A stretch of DNA of 63,994 nt, the filler included, from Octopus bimaculoides (Eukaryota): assembly GCF_001194135.2 (NCBI RefSeq). It is 8 parts of 7 records of this genome, joined end to end, with 100 filler letters (N's around TTAATTAATTAA, not from the genome) between each part and the next. Parts side by side here need not be neighbours in the genome. Positions count along the whole stretch, not along the records: positions 24,170 to 40,182 come from NC_068983.1; positions 40,283 to 48,275 come from NW_026436265.1; positions 48,376 to 57,178 come from NC_068985.1; 5 more parts are not named here. One strand, given 5' to 3'. The position numbers and the translations under genes are program-made. Shown here piece after piece: positions 35,905 through 49,700 of this stretch. Within the stretch, counting starts at the first letter, position 1. Every line of letters begins with the position of its first letter. The notes under the pieces were generated by a model, which was not told where the DNA came from, ran no database searches, and worked only from the letters and a program-made list of their open reading frames with translations.

Positions 35905-37794
35905 GCAAGTATCTTCATTTTTTTTTCAGATTATCATATCAGAATATTATGTTTAATAATTTTCTTTAATAAAAATATATTCTATTGTTTTGTTTCGGGA
36001 CGGTCATTTTTTTTTCCTGCCAAATAAACACACACACTATATATTCGTTCTTCACTAGTTTATTATTGTTGTCATTTTATCTAATGCCCATTGTCTGGAA
36101 ATCTTTCGTCATACATCTTCGGCCTCTTTAGCGACTCTTCCATCCCATGTGTACCTTCCTGTTCTGTTAAGTCAAGTGTATTTTATTAATGTATTATTAA
36201 GTTGGAGTGTTCGAGAAAAAAATTGTTCAAAGAATACACATGTAAATATTGATTGAAAGTAGACATGTAACCAGAAGACGAGAAGATACTCGGTAAACAC
36301 TTCGATATTTCCTAAAATATGACAAACATTGTTGAGAAGATTACCTTTCAGCTGATGACTCCTACTTACCTATCTGTATACGTATTCCATTCATCAGATA
36401 GAAATTTATTTCCATTTCTTTACAGTTCAGTTGACCAACCACCGTGCATTTCTAATGTAAGTACAGTATTCTTTATTCATTATAACTTTTCAGAGATCTT
36501 GTTTCTCGGGAGGGTCATTACACCAATGATTAACACACGCAATGCGCGTTATTATTGACGTAATGGCTCTCCCGAGACACAACAAAATCTGTTTCAATAC
36601 ACGAGTCTACATGAAGAATCTCGCTAACCAAATTCAAAAATTCTCTCTCTCACTTTCTCTATCCCTCTATCTATCTACCTTTCTATCTATCTTCATTAAT
36701 ATGGTGTACCTTTAGTTTTTGTTATTCACGCACTTAAATCATTGTTTCGAATCATATTCGTTAGGAATGGTCGAGCGGTTAAGACGCTGGCTTCGCAACA
36801 ATGCGCTTCCGATATCGATATCACTGCCCAACACATTGGGCAAGTGTCCTCTACCAATGAAAACTGCAGAAGCCCGGCAGAAATATACTGTGAAACCAGT
36901 GTGATTCACCTCTTGGAAACCTGTAACCGACGACGTTATCGTTCACTAATCACAATATGAAATAAATAAAGAAGCAGTCCAAAGTTTTATAATAATAACT
37001 GATATAGAATCAACATGGATGACTTGAAAATATATTGGATCGTTAAATCAATCAATATAGATTGTAAGTTCAAATCCGCTGCAATAATTCCGTTGTGTGG
37101 GTGCCCAAAGCAGTTTATTTCATATTGCTTCACTTCACCTATCCGAGATAGGTATCTGGGAAAGTTAGATTTTGATTTATGTACCAGGCTCGAAATTTAA
37201 AGGGGGAGATTATTCGATATCATCACTTGACTGGCACTTTATTTCATCGATCCTAGAGAAAAACAAAGAAAAAAAAGCAAAACAGTCTTCGGCAGAGTTT
37301 GAACTCAGAACGTAAAGAACCAGAGGGTATGTCGCCTAAGTATTTCGTCTTACTCGCTAACGATTCTGCCAGCTCTACAACTTAAAAAGTCAACTTTTAT
37401 ATATTAGCACTCTTAAAATCATCCGTTTGGATGACTGTATTCTGTTGATGTTTTAGTCAGGAACAAATATAATCTCAGAAATTTCTCTCTCATACTTTAC
37501 CACCATGAAACTGGGGACTAAGGGCAGGTCTTTTGTGGCTTTAGAGGCATTTACATTATATGACATTACGAAAAGCAGTGATGGTGTTCAGTCTGTTTTC
37601 CCCAAAGTAGAAAACATTTAAGTAAAAGGTTTTCTAAGTGGCTTATTCTTAAGGTTAATTTGTATTGACAGCAGATTTTAAAGTGACCTTTCATTTCTTA
37701 TTGAATATTCAAACAAGTAGTCTCTAAAGAATTAATACCATATCATTATGATGTATATCTGCCTGTGTCTTTATACATCTATCTTTTCATCTAT

Positions 37795-37889
<95 letters not shown>

Positions 37890-37999
37890 TCAACATTGTA
37901 CAATAAACGAAAAACAAAAGGCAGAGACAAAGGAAGAAACAACGAACAGGGTTTATACAGAAACAAGGGAAGAAACAACAAACAGAGAAAATGGAAGTG

Positions 38000-38037
38000 C
38001 TTTTGACGTTTCGAGCCTACGCACGTCTACAGAAAAG
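38000..38037 (-). ncRNA. Degenerate H2 hammerhead motif
   Basis: CUUUU-CUGUAGA-C-GUGC(GUAG)GCUC-GAAAC-GUC|AAAAG. Confidence 0.5.
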
Positions 38038-38939
38038 AATGAGGAGAGAAAACCGATGGAGAGACGAAAAAAACGGAGAGAAAGCAAACGGCTGCACATA
38101 TCGAATTTGACCGGAAGGAAGGAGGTGGTTGGAGACAAGGGTAGCAAGGGAGACAACACTGACTTGGCTAAAGTGTGTCTGTGCAAGCATGTGTGTATAT
38201 GTGAAAATAAGGTGCATGTATATATCTATGGGTGAGTGCGTATGTATGTGTGTGTGGGCAAGCACATGTGTGAGTATGACAATTATGTGAGCGTGTGTAT
38301 GTGTATGCATCGGAGCGTGCGTGCGTAGGCATGTGTGTAAGTAAACAAGTATTGACATGTGTATGGAGCAATTTGTGCGTGTGTGCTCCATGTATTTATG
38401 TGTACGTGTCTGTGGGCGTGTGTATATGTGTTGGAATGTGTAAGACTGTCTAATGTATATGTATATGAGGTTATAAGATATGTATGTATATGTGTATGTG
38501 AGCGGGTGTGCGTGCTTCTGTTATCAGTTGGTGTGTGTGTATGGGGCTGTTAGATAAAGTGTATGTGTGTATATGGAGTAGAATATGTGTGTGTATATTT
38601 TGTGTTCGTGCGTCTGTATACGTGTGCAAAGGCACTTGTTTGTGCATGTGTATGTGACGCTATCTGACGTATGTGCGTGTTGTAGTGGGGTGTGTGTCCT
38701 ATGTCGACCTGGTTGGAGGTGTGAGGTGGAATAGGGGTGACGGAAGGTAGGGGTTTGAAGGTGTGGGCACCCGACTATGTACATGCTATTATACGTGTGT
38801 ATGTGTGTGGAGAGGGAAGAAGTGAAAGTGTATGTGGATTGGGGAGGAATGTGCAGGTGTGTAGGTGTATTATATACTGTAGGGGCATAATGGTACTGAG
38901 TATAACGGTGTAGAGAAATTGTGTGGTAGAGGAGGAAGG

Positions 38940-40141
38940 GCAGTGGGAGGTGCGTGGAGTTGGGTTTATATGAAGAGAGAGGACAAATTGAGACCGGGAG
39001 GGACTGGCGAATTGAGAGAGAAAATAAATTTCCGCTCTTATCGGAGGCGGAATTTCGGGTGGCATCTGTGCAAAGCCAGTTCGAATACAGACAGATGTAG
39101 CAAATGACGGTCTGTGTCTCGAAGTCATAGTCGTCACTACAAAGCCTGCGGAGGCGGAAGAACTGAGAGTAAGGGATGGACAGTTTAGTGCAGGTAGGGT
39201 GGGAAGAAAATATGTTCAGATGAGTGTATGAGTCTGTGGGTTTTTAGTGGATGGAAGTGGCAAGAAAGGAATTGTGGATGGTAACAGAAATGTCGAGAAA
39301 GTCGATAGAGGCTTTGGAGACAGAACAGAAAATTTGAGTGTGGGTGGGAGGAGTGAATGAAAGAGAGGAAGGAGTCAAAATGTTCGCAGGAGAGTGAAGT
39401 CGCGCCGATACAGTCGTCAATGTAACGACCGTATAGCTCAAGAGTGAGACCGGTGAAGTGAGAGAATATTTGGGTCTCAACATAGCCAACGGACAAGTTC
39501 GCATAGTTGGGGTAATTTAGAAAGAGGACAAGTTCAGCTAAACGGAGAAGGGAGGAAGTTTAGGGTCAGGACGAAGATTGAGGAAGTATTTTAATGCAAG
39601 GAGACCTCATTGTGAGGGATAACAGTGAGTACGGATTTTATGTTAAGGGTGAACAGGAGTTTGGAAGGGCCTGTAGGAAAAGAGAAAGAATTGAAGAGAC
39701 GAAGAGCATGGCTGGTGTAGGGAAACTACATGGATTGAGAGTACAAGGTGGAGGTATTTAGAGATGAGTTCAGTGAGGTAACTGCAGGGAGAAACGATAG
39801 TGCAGCCAGGGTTGTTGGGTTTGGGATTTCATAAAGGAAGTAAATGATAGGGGTGTGTAGGGTACGAATAGTAAGGTTGGAGGCGATGGGGGTAGAAGGG
39901 AAGAGGAAATGTGTTCGTGAATTGTAAATGAAATGATTTGTCGATAGCGTGACGTGGGGTTGGGGGTAGAGAACGATAGGAGGAGGTGTCTTGGAGTCGG
40001 GAGAGCGAGTCAGTCTTGTAAGGGTCTGCATGCCACAGGATCACAACTCCACCTTTGTCAGCCTGTTTAATGACGATGTCTTGACAACGTTAGAGACATA
40101 GACAGGCTGAGAGTTTGGCCCAGGAGAAGGTGAAAAGTCGG

Positions 40142-40146
<5 letters not shown>
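38940..40146 (-). mobile_element. Penelope-like reverse transcriptase remnant
   Basis: DIVIKQADKGGVVILW..DPY, VGYVETQIF...ELYGRYIDDCIG, SIDFLDISV and PYSQFFRLRRLCSDD motifs, with frameshifts. Confidence 0.9.
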
Positions 40147-40182
<36 letters not shown>

Positions 40183-40776
40183 NNNNNNNNNNNNNNNNNN
40201 NNNNNNNNNNNNNNNNNNNNNNNNNNTTAATTAATTAANNNNNNNNNNNNNNNNNNNNNNNNNNNNNNNNNNNNNNNNNNNNTATATATATATACGTGTG
40301 TGTTAATATATATATATGTTAACATATGCATTCACACATATATACATGGTGGTATTTATATGAAGCATATACGCACAAATATAGTAGCATAGCTAGACAC
40401 AACTGCATTCGGATTTATATACAGTCATATAGACAGACGGTTAGAGGGATTCATACATACGCACACATCATACCGAATTAAACATTTATTATCCTTCCGG
40501 TGGGAAGTTGTAATCTCTTCATACGATCTCTTATTTTTGGAATAGTATCCGAGGGAAATATAAAAGGCAAAAAAAAATAATAATAATAAGCAAAGAATCT
40601 AAAACAAAGCGAACTGTACAAAACAAAAAGGAGCGGATATTCTTTCACGTGCAGGTCCACGTACATACATGTATCAATATGCACAGATGAACAGATATAT
40701 GTGTGAGTGTATATACGTACATATATACATATATGTATGCATATATATATGTATATATATATACATACCCCCCCCC

Positions 40777-40814
<38 letters not shown>

Positions 40815-41078
40815 CGTGCGATGTATAAATTGTCTCTATTGCATACCTTGAATTTCGCTCATGTGTTTTGTTTCTGATTTTTTTGGGGATTACATAGTAT
40901 TGTAGGGCCGCTCCGGAACAGTTTTTGAGATATACAACACTATGACGTAAACCACTCGCCCCAATATTTGGAAATGACATGCAGGACCGCTTTGCATTCG
41001 CACCAGATGCTCTAATACGAAAATTTGAGCATGTTTGCTATCAATTGGAGGAGAGCGCAAGCTGAGGATACGTACCGA

Positions 41079-41280
41079 TTGTGATACATATCAAATATCC
41101 TGTCATCATGGTGTTTGGAGTGATCACTAGTGATGGCATCTTCATGCTTCCATTCATCTTCCATCACTCAACACGGAGGCCTACTTCAGCACGGAGGCCT
41201 ACCTCCGCATGGAGGCCTACTTGTATTTCAAATGGCCAGCCGTGTCACACTCTGTGTCACGCTGAATCTCTCCGAGAACT
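41079..41280 (+). mobile_element. Tc1/mariner (DD37D-like) catalytic-domain fragment
   Basis: KYPVIMVFGVITSDGIFMLPFIF. Internal CACGGAGGCCTAC-like motif tandemly triplicated. Confidence 0.65.
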
Positions 41281-42377
41281 ATGTTAAGGGTACACGTGTC
41301 TGTGGAGCTCTCTTCCACTTGCAAGTTAATTTCACGATCAACTGGAACCCTCGTACCCGGAACCGACGGAGTGCCACGATATTTGTGTGTGTATGCGTGC
41401 GTACGCGCGTGTATGTATGTTTACATATCTATATCTATCTCTCTCTATATATATATATCCATGAATATGCATCTTCATATCTATGTATATGTAGGTGTGT
41501 GTGTCTTTGTGTATGTGTGTATATGCGTGTATTTATATATACGTCTATTTTAACTGGAAAAACACCGTTTACCACGACGTGGGTTCCAGTGGATCCGATG
41601 AAAGGAACAGCCTTCTCGTTATATTAACGTGTGCAAGTGGCTGAGTATTCCAGAGACTCGTGCAGCATCACCTAACTGGTAGGGAGATTCAGCGTGACAA
41701 GGCTGGTCAGAATTGAGAAGGCTGGTCCTTTTGAAGTACAGCTTATACTGATATCATTTTTGGGCAGTTGAGTGGATTGGAACAACGTGAAATAAAGTGT
41801 TTGGTCAATATCTCAAACGTGCCGCTGGGATTCGAACTCACAAACTTACGACTGTGAGCCGAATAAACCTAACCACTCAATCACGCACCTGCATGCGCTT
41901 ATGTATATATAGGTTATGAGAGGTAATGGTGTCAAGAAGACCCTTAGGTGTCAGGTAATGCGGAGTAAGTGGTATGGACAGACTATAGTTAAGCTCCAGG
42001 TTCCGGTATTATGCGAATGAAGAGTCCAACGTAGGTCAAATATTTGCGTATCCAATAAGACCGTGTACAAACTCTATGTTTGGAATGACCAATTTTACAT
42101 GCTATTGGAACTTACACACAATGTACAGAAAACATATGTATCCATCCTGCTTAAATAATGGAACTGCAGATACAATATCCCTGCATAGCTTGCGTCTGTT
42201 TCCATTCCTCCGTTTCACTCTCTCTTTCATATCTTCTCTAGAGTAACTATTACTTAACCTCTTTCTCACACCGTCTCCGATGAAGAGATACATAAGATAT
42301 TACAGAAACAGCTGTAAGACCTTCTCTTTATAAGTGTTCTGAAATCTCTTACAGCCTCGGAGTTTTATTTCATTCTG

Positions 42378-42416
<39 letters not shown>

Positions 42417-44667
42417 AACTGAAAAAGAGTATAACCGAAACCTTTATCGTGTGCCATAGAGATGAGTAAATTTAAAATAAATTAGATGAAAAATTCAGAA
42501 TAATTATAAGAAAAGTAAAATTCGACATAACACAGAAATACGTAATATATGTCTGGATATTGTATTCTCTCGTTTTATGTTAACTAATTATCCATGCCAT
42601 TTGGCTAATTAATGTTATACTCTGTTATGCATTTTATGTTTGAGCTCATATTTATGAACCAGGCACTGCGGCATCGATCTGCGTGGTTAAATGTATTAAT
42701 GTCGAACGTTCGATTTGATTGTCTCATACTGATGTTATTAACAAAATTTTTAGTGATTGTTGCTGGATGGTTATTATCAATATTAATATATTCGAATTAA
42801 TGGGTTTATTTATCGTGCAATATTTTACAGTGCCTTAATTGAAAACTATATTTAAGTAATTAAGTATGGTTTCCATTGTTATACACGTTTATATTACTCT
42901 GATTCTATAGTGCAAACTGTATTTGTGAATAACCTAAGCGAGGTCTGAAATCATAATTGAGCCCGCAATTTAGAAATACTGAAGTGATGCTCGGCTTTAT
43001 GGTATCGGAACAAACAATATACATAATGCATTGTCTTTTATTACAAAACTTATCTGCAACTTGAGTGCGTCCCTATTGCGATTTTCTATTCTCTGTTGCC
43101 AGACACAGCTGAATACAAAATGCTGTAGAGGCCTTTAAAAGACCATGTTGTTAGTCCACGCACAATTTAAGCAAAAGGCCGAAGATCTTAAACCCTGATT
43201 GCCAAGAGAAGGAGCAGTAGCATAGAAGTTAGTAAGACAGTTTTGAGAGATGGCATTATCAACATGTAGCTAATAGCCAAATTCATGACACAGAATATAT
43301 TGAATATTTTACAATCAAAACTGTTTTTAATTTCTGCTCTTCTTTACATCACAAAATCAAATCTCACAACATACTTTGAAACAGGAAAGCTAAGTCCCAT
43401 CTCACATCGAACTTGTATTAAGCTAATCAGCTTTAAATATATTACCGCAATATATCATAATCGAATTGAGAGTGATCTCTGATTTAGACTGTTGTATGTA
43501 TTATTTCTCCAACGTTATTTTCTTTTAAAGAATTGTGATTCATTCTCATTTTTATCTTTCGAAATATTCTCACCTTTGAATACTATAGTTTCAGACTATA
43601 GTTTGAAATTACTTTCAAGCTATATTGAATATTGACTAAAAGAATTTGTCCGCCGCGAGAAAGAAACAATGGATGTAACTATATAATTTTTCAGGTATTA
43701 TTTTATCAAGGAAATTTCCTACTTTACTTCTCTTCATTTCCGTCTTAGTATATTCATTTTCAAAGAATACACTCAGGAAATGAAGCCAAAATATTCAATA
43801 GCAAATTCAATCTGTTCACAAATTTAAATTTACGGAATGAATTCTTCATCAGCTCGGTATAGACCAAAATTGTTATGAAAGGAATCTTTACAAAACGGAT
43901 GTTAAAATATGTATATATGTATATTTTAAATATAGACGTCTTAGCCACATCAGTCAATCAATGTTATGTATTTAAAAATATATTCCTAGACAGATATAGT
44001 TATATCTTCATATAATATATGTATAGACACAAGCGCGCACGCACACCATGTCGTTGTCCCGTCGCGTGAGGAACATTACCGTGCGCGCGATAATTCGTTT
44101 CAGCCGTGAAATGCTTTTCAAGATGAACCGTGTTGCCTAGAGCATCAAACAGCAAATGCGCGCTCACACACTTACACAGATACATATTATGCGTACATAT
44201 ATATGCATGGGTGCTTCTTTGTATGTATGTATGTATATATGTGGCTTCGTATATATGCATTTCGATGTATGTGTATGTAAGTTACCTTGTTAATTCTGTA
44301 TGAAACACAGTCAATCATGAAACCCATTCCACAGCTGAAACGCGGACGAGACTGTTCCTCACGCATTGGGACAACTGTGAATATACATATATATATNNNN
44401 NNNNNNNNNNNNNNNNNNNNNNNNNNNNNNNNNNNNNNNNNNNNNNNNNNNNNNNNNNNNNNNNNNNNNNNNNNNNNNNNNNNNNNNNNNNNNNNNNNNN
44501 NNNNNNNNNNNNNNNNNNNNNNNNNNNNNNNNNNNNNNNNNNNNNNNNNNNNNNNNNNNNNNNNNNNNNNNNNNNNNNNNNNNNNNNNNNNNNNNNNNNN
44601 NNNNNNNNNNNNNNNNNNNNNNNNNNNNNNNNNNNNNNNNNNNNNNNNNNNNNNNNNNNNNNNNNNN

Positions 44668-44713
<46 letters not shown>

Positions 44714-46378
44714 CACATACAAAAATAACACGTACACATATGCATACTCTCGCACAAATTCATGATTGAGTATTAGCAATTTCGTTGAATATAAATTAAC
44801 GTAGATAGTAATGAACATTTTTTTCCCTGCATATATGCTTGTGTGTCTCGGTTCGTGTGTCTATGCGCATGCTCGTACACATGTGTACATACGCGTGCAT
44901 ATGTGTAGTATTGGCGAAATATGTTGGAGCCTGTGAAATGATATAAATTGAACTAGATAGCTGCCTTACAATTTGCAATTTTGTGTCTTTCGTTTGAGGT
45001 CTAATATCTCACAAGGGAAATCTTTGCTTCTCATCTCTACGTGATTTATGAAAGAGGATTCTGTGCGGTATATCCTTTGTCTAACTAGGTCAGCCTTTAC
45101 GTCAAACCAAGATATTAACTTGTGCCACTGAAAATTTCGGTTGATCATCTAATCATCAAAATCATGGTCATGTTGTAGTCGTTCATTATTGCTCTTGCCG
45201 GACTATCTGTGTTGTTTCTGCCTGCTGTTGATGAAGGTGATTGTGGAGGTTGAAGAAGATGTTACTGCCTGTATTACCGATGGTGAAAGCGAAGATGGTG
45301 ATGATGGCGATGTAGAAGGAGAGAGGGGAAGGATGGCGATAATAATCAAAAAGTGGACGATGACGATGTGATGATGATGATGATGATGACGATGATGACG
45401 ACATCGACTGCAACACGTCAACACTACAGCACCAGCAAGATACCGATGATGATGATGATGGTGAAGAGGAAGAGGATGGTGGTGTTGGATGTGAGACATG
45501 AAAAAAGGCTAACGACCGCTGTAATGATACTGCTATTGTTGATCTTTTAAAACGCACGTAATTTTATAATTGTCCCGTGGTTTACCTCGAAGTTCTTCTT
45601 TTGCAAAGTGGCTCTATTTTAGTAAACAAGTAGTACACAATTTATAACTTTTTGCTTCTTATATCATAAGCATTTCAATTTATTTGAGTCCTTACCAATC
45701 ACTTATCGAATTAATTGTTGACGCAGGACACAATCGAAAATGGAAATGGTTGTGGAAGGTCTCTTGACGTGGAATACATCACCAATTCTGCTTCTATGGA
45801 ATTTGACTGACCATCTACCCGCTTCAGGAAGTCTCACATTGGACTAGACAATAATAATATATAATACAATTTTGCGTGTGTTCGGTAGGCTTAGAATGTT
45901 GAGCCGACGGAATCCTTAATGTGTCGGATATCATGGTTAGCGGCTCCTTAGTTTCTGGGTTTAGATACAGTTGATATCACTCGGCGTTTCATCTTTTTGT
46001 TTTCAATAAAATTTGATACCACTAAAGTACTAGCTTTGATATAATCAACTTCCCAGACAAAAAAAAAAATGTTTTGCAGCAATCGTTCCTCATTTTTACC
46101 AAGTGGATTCAAATCCAGCCCCTGTTAATTTTGCATTTACTCTCCGCAGCGATGGAGAAACTGATACACCATTGAAGTACTATCGTTGATGGCAATAACT
46201 AACCCCGCCACACCAAAACTGTTAGTAGTATGCCTATAACGGAAACAATAATATTTATACGCTAAATCAAATCTTATCTTTGCTAATCGATATTCAGAAC
46301 TGACATCTATCTATCTAGCTAGCTGTCTCATTGTCGTTAAGTATGTATGTATATGCATGCATACATACACACACACAC

Positions 46379-46422
<44 letters not shown>

Positions 46423-46703
46423 NNNNNNNNNNNNNNNNNNNNNNNNNNNNNNNNNNNNNNNNNNNNNNNNNNNNNNNNNNNNNNNNNNNNNNNNNNNNNN
46501 NNNNNNNNNNNNNNNNNNNNNNNNNNNNNNNNNNNNNNNNNNNNNNNNNNNNNNNNNNNNNNNNNNNNNNNNNNNNNNNNNNNNNNNNNNNNNNNNNNNN
46601 NNNNNNNNNNNNNNNNNNNNNNNNNNNNNNNNNNNNNNNNNNNNNNNNNNNNNNNNNNNNNNNNNNNNNNNNNNNNNNNNNNNNNNNNNNNNNNNNNNNN
46701 NNN

Positions 46704-46750
<47 letters not shown>

Positions 46751-49700
46751 ACGTATGTCGGCAAACAAATTGAACGTGTTGTATATCTGGGACAAGAACA
46801 TAGAGACACCACATACTTATTCAATTGACTATATATGTGCCATGAGACAGCTTGATCAGAGGTGATTATCGGTTAATAACCATCGAGACATCAAGGCAAT
46901 TATATCAATTCTCATTACTAAAAATATCATCAAAGATTTCATTTAATGTAAACATTAAAAGAAACGTCAAAGTTAGTGGTATTGAATTGACTGATGTACC
47001 AAATAAAAAAACAAAATCTGAAACAAACAACTCTGTCTGTACATCAAGCAACAACACTGACTGAAGTACCCTCATCAAATCCTAAAAGCACCATAAGAGG
47101 CAATTCTGCACCACAAGAGGCCGCGGTTCACTCAAGCTGCCTTGTTAAGCAAGCAGACGTTCTCGATTCCCATTACTAAGTGAGCTATGCAATGTTCTTC
47201 TTAGTACCTAGTACATACAAGAGGAAAATGCCGTGGTAGTTACGGATGGAATGCGTTTTATCACATAACTTTGCGATGAAATCAATCCACGGACTAAAAC
47301 TACCAAACAGTCAACAACAAACAAGATGATGTGCAAATATGTGGAGAATAACTTGGTAAACAAGTTACCACTATAAGCTGTCAAATGTATGTAAGATGAA
47401 ATAAATCCGTCTAAAAAAGAACTGGAAGCTTTGAATATTATACTTTAAACCATCGCTTCCCTACCTGGGTCCACATGACCCTTAGGGTCTACATAAGAAT
47501 TCGGTGATGCGTCTGCAATACACAAAATATGTTAATTGTTTTCACATAACATTCTTAATAATATTTGATTAACAAAATGGAATAAGGTTTCTTCATAATA
47601 AAGTCGAATGTTTAGGAGGGTCCACTCAAGTAATAATAGAAATCAAATTGATCCATGAATGACAAAAACAAAAAAAATGATTGACCTAAAGTAATTTTTG
47701 AAATAAGGTGTGGCTGGTCATTATCATATAACATTAAAATATATATATATCAGTTTATCGAGAGCCAGCCTGGAACTATACAACAACAGTAATGATAATA
47801 ATAATAATAATAATAATATTAAACTAAGCCACTGACATAGGTAGATCTATAAGCCTCACCTCCATACATTTCCTCAAAATATAACACAATTTCCGATTGA
47901 ATCCCTTTATATATATTTTCTAATCTACACTGAACTCTCGCATCCAGTATATAGAAAGTGCGCTAACGACGAACGTGTTTTTCGTTTTCTTTTTAAAGTG
48001 TTATAAAAGGAAAAACATATCAGTCAAATTATAGGCACGTAAATATATACACACACCTATCCACAAACACATACGCATATGCTCACATATACGTAAGCAT
48101 AAACGTAAGCACACATGCGCATACACACGTTTAATATATGACGTAGTACTTATTACCACATGCAAACATAATCTCTCACACATATACGCACGTATATATA
48201 TATATATACACACATACATATATTCAAACATGCATATATACAAATATACAAACATACGTACATACATAGATTCATNNNNNNNNNNNNNNNNNNNNNNNNN
48301 NNNNNNNNNNNNNNNNNNNTTAATTAATTAANNNNNNNNNNNNNNNNNNNNNNNNNNNNNNNNNNNNNNNNNNNNATATATATATATATATATATATATA
48401 TAATGAGTCAACATATATATATATACATACACATATGCTGTGTCATAAACCTACTGAAATTCACCGTTTGGTTGATAAAAAGTTTGTCTACAGTTATGGT
48501 TTAAACTAATAAGGTTATGTACTTCAATGTTGTTTGTATAAGTGTAAATTCTATAAATTCTGACTTTGAGTAATGGCTTCAAATTATGACAAGGTTTGTA
48601 ACCCAACAAAATCTCTCGAAATTCTTACTTGTTTCTCATTTTATTGATTACTGCAGGGTGAACTAAACGCTGAACCGACATTGTTCAGATTTAATTTCAC
48701 GACGTAGTGGATGTGATTACACTTCACAAAGCATTTTATCTGCCGTTCTCCAGATTCTGTGATCCACTGCACTGAACAGAGGTTAACTATAATAAAGCAG
48801 ATGGAGAAAGTATCCTTAAACTCTAACCTATCTGAACTGAGCTTCCTTACTGACTCTAATACGGTGGCGACAAGACGGTGGAAATTATACAACGTTGAAT
48901 TTAATGTATTCAAATGAAAGAACCTCTACGTTGTCGTCACTCGATCTGCTAGAAATCGCAGAATTAGTTAGAATGTCTTTAATTATCCATATGTTCAGTC
49001 AGAGTTGAAATGGAGGTAAACAACAACAAAAGCATCGTCGCTTTTACGTAGTTACGTCAACCGTACATTGTTAGTTCAAATGCAGTTAATGTTGGCTTTG
49101 AATTTTTCCCCGATGCAGTATTGTAAATACTAGTAAAACATTGACATCGACACAGCAGTCTGCACTCTATTTCTTATTCGAAATCGATTTTTTATAACAT
49201 TCACTGTTATTAGAAATTGTTATGGAGCCACCAAGTCTATCGTCTACTGACTGTGTAAAATAGATGGATCACTTTTGGTTTTGGTGATGAATATTCAATT
49301 GGTTGATCAACTGAATTCCTGCCCATTGAACTGGCGTCATTGGTTGAGTAAACAAAGGTGCGTGCACCTTTAGCTTAATCTATAAATAAAATCAGTGTGT
49401 CACACGTGAAGAGCATCCTCACAGTTCGCGTCCAGCCAATTTCACTCACAAGACTCGGGTCGACCCGCAAATAAGGTGACCTTTGCTCAAGATGCTATGC
49501 AGAGAGATCAAACATGTGGTCTTGCGATTGCGTATCGAACTTCTTAACCATTCGACCATGTTGTACCCACACCTGTCAGCTTATTCGTCTACTAATTCAA
49601 TGTAGTAACTGGCAGAATGTTTATGGCACAGGAGAAATTTTTTATGATATTTGTAGCGGTTCTTTGAGTTCTGCGTTCAGTTCTCGCCGTGGTTAACTTT

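Noticed and set aside
36180-36455. Two phase-compatible - strand exon-like pieces with a gtaagt donor
   Set aside because: The intron would be only 58 bp, there is no recognisable homology, and no further exons were found.
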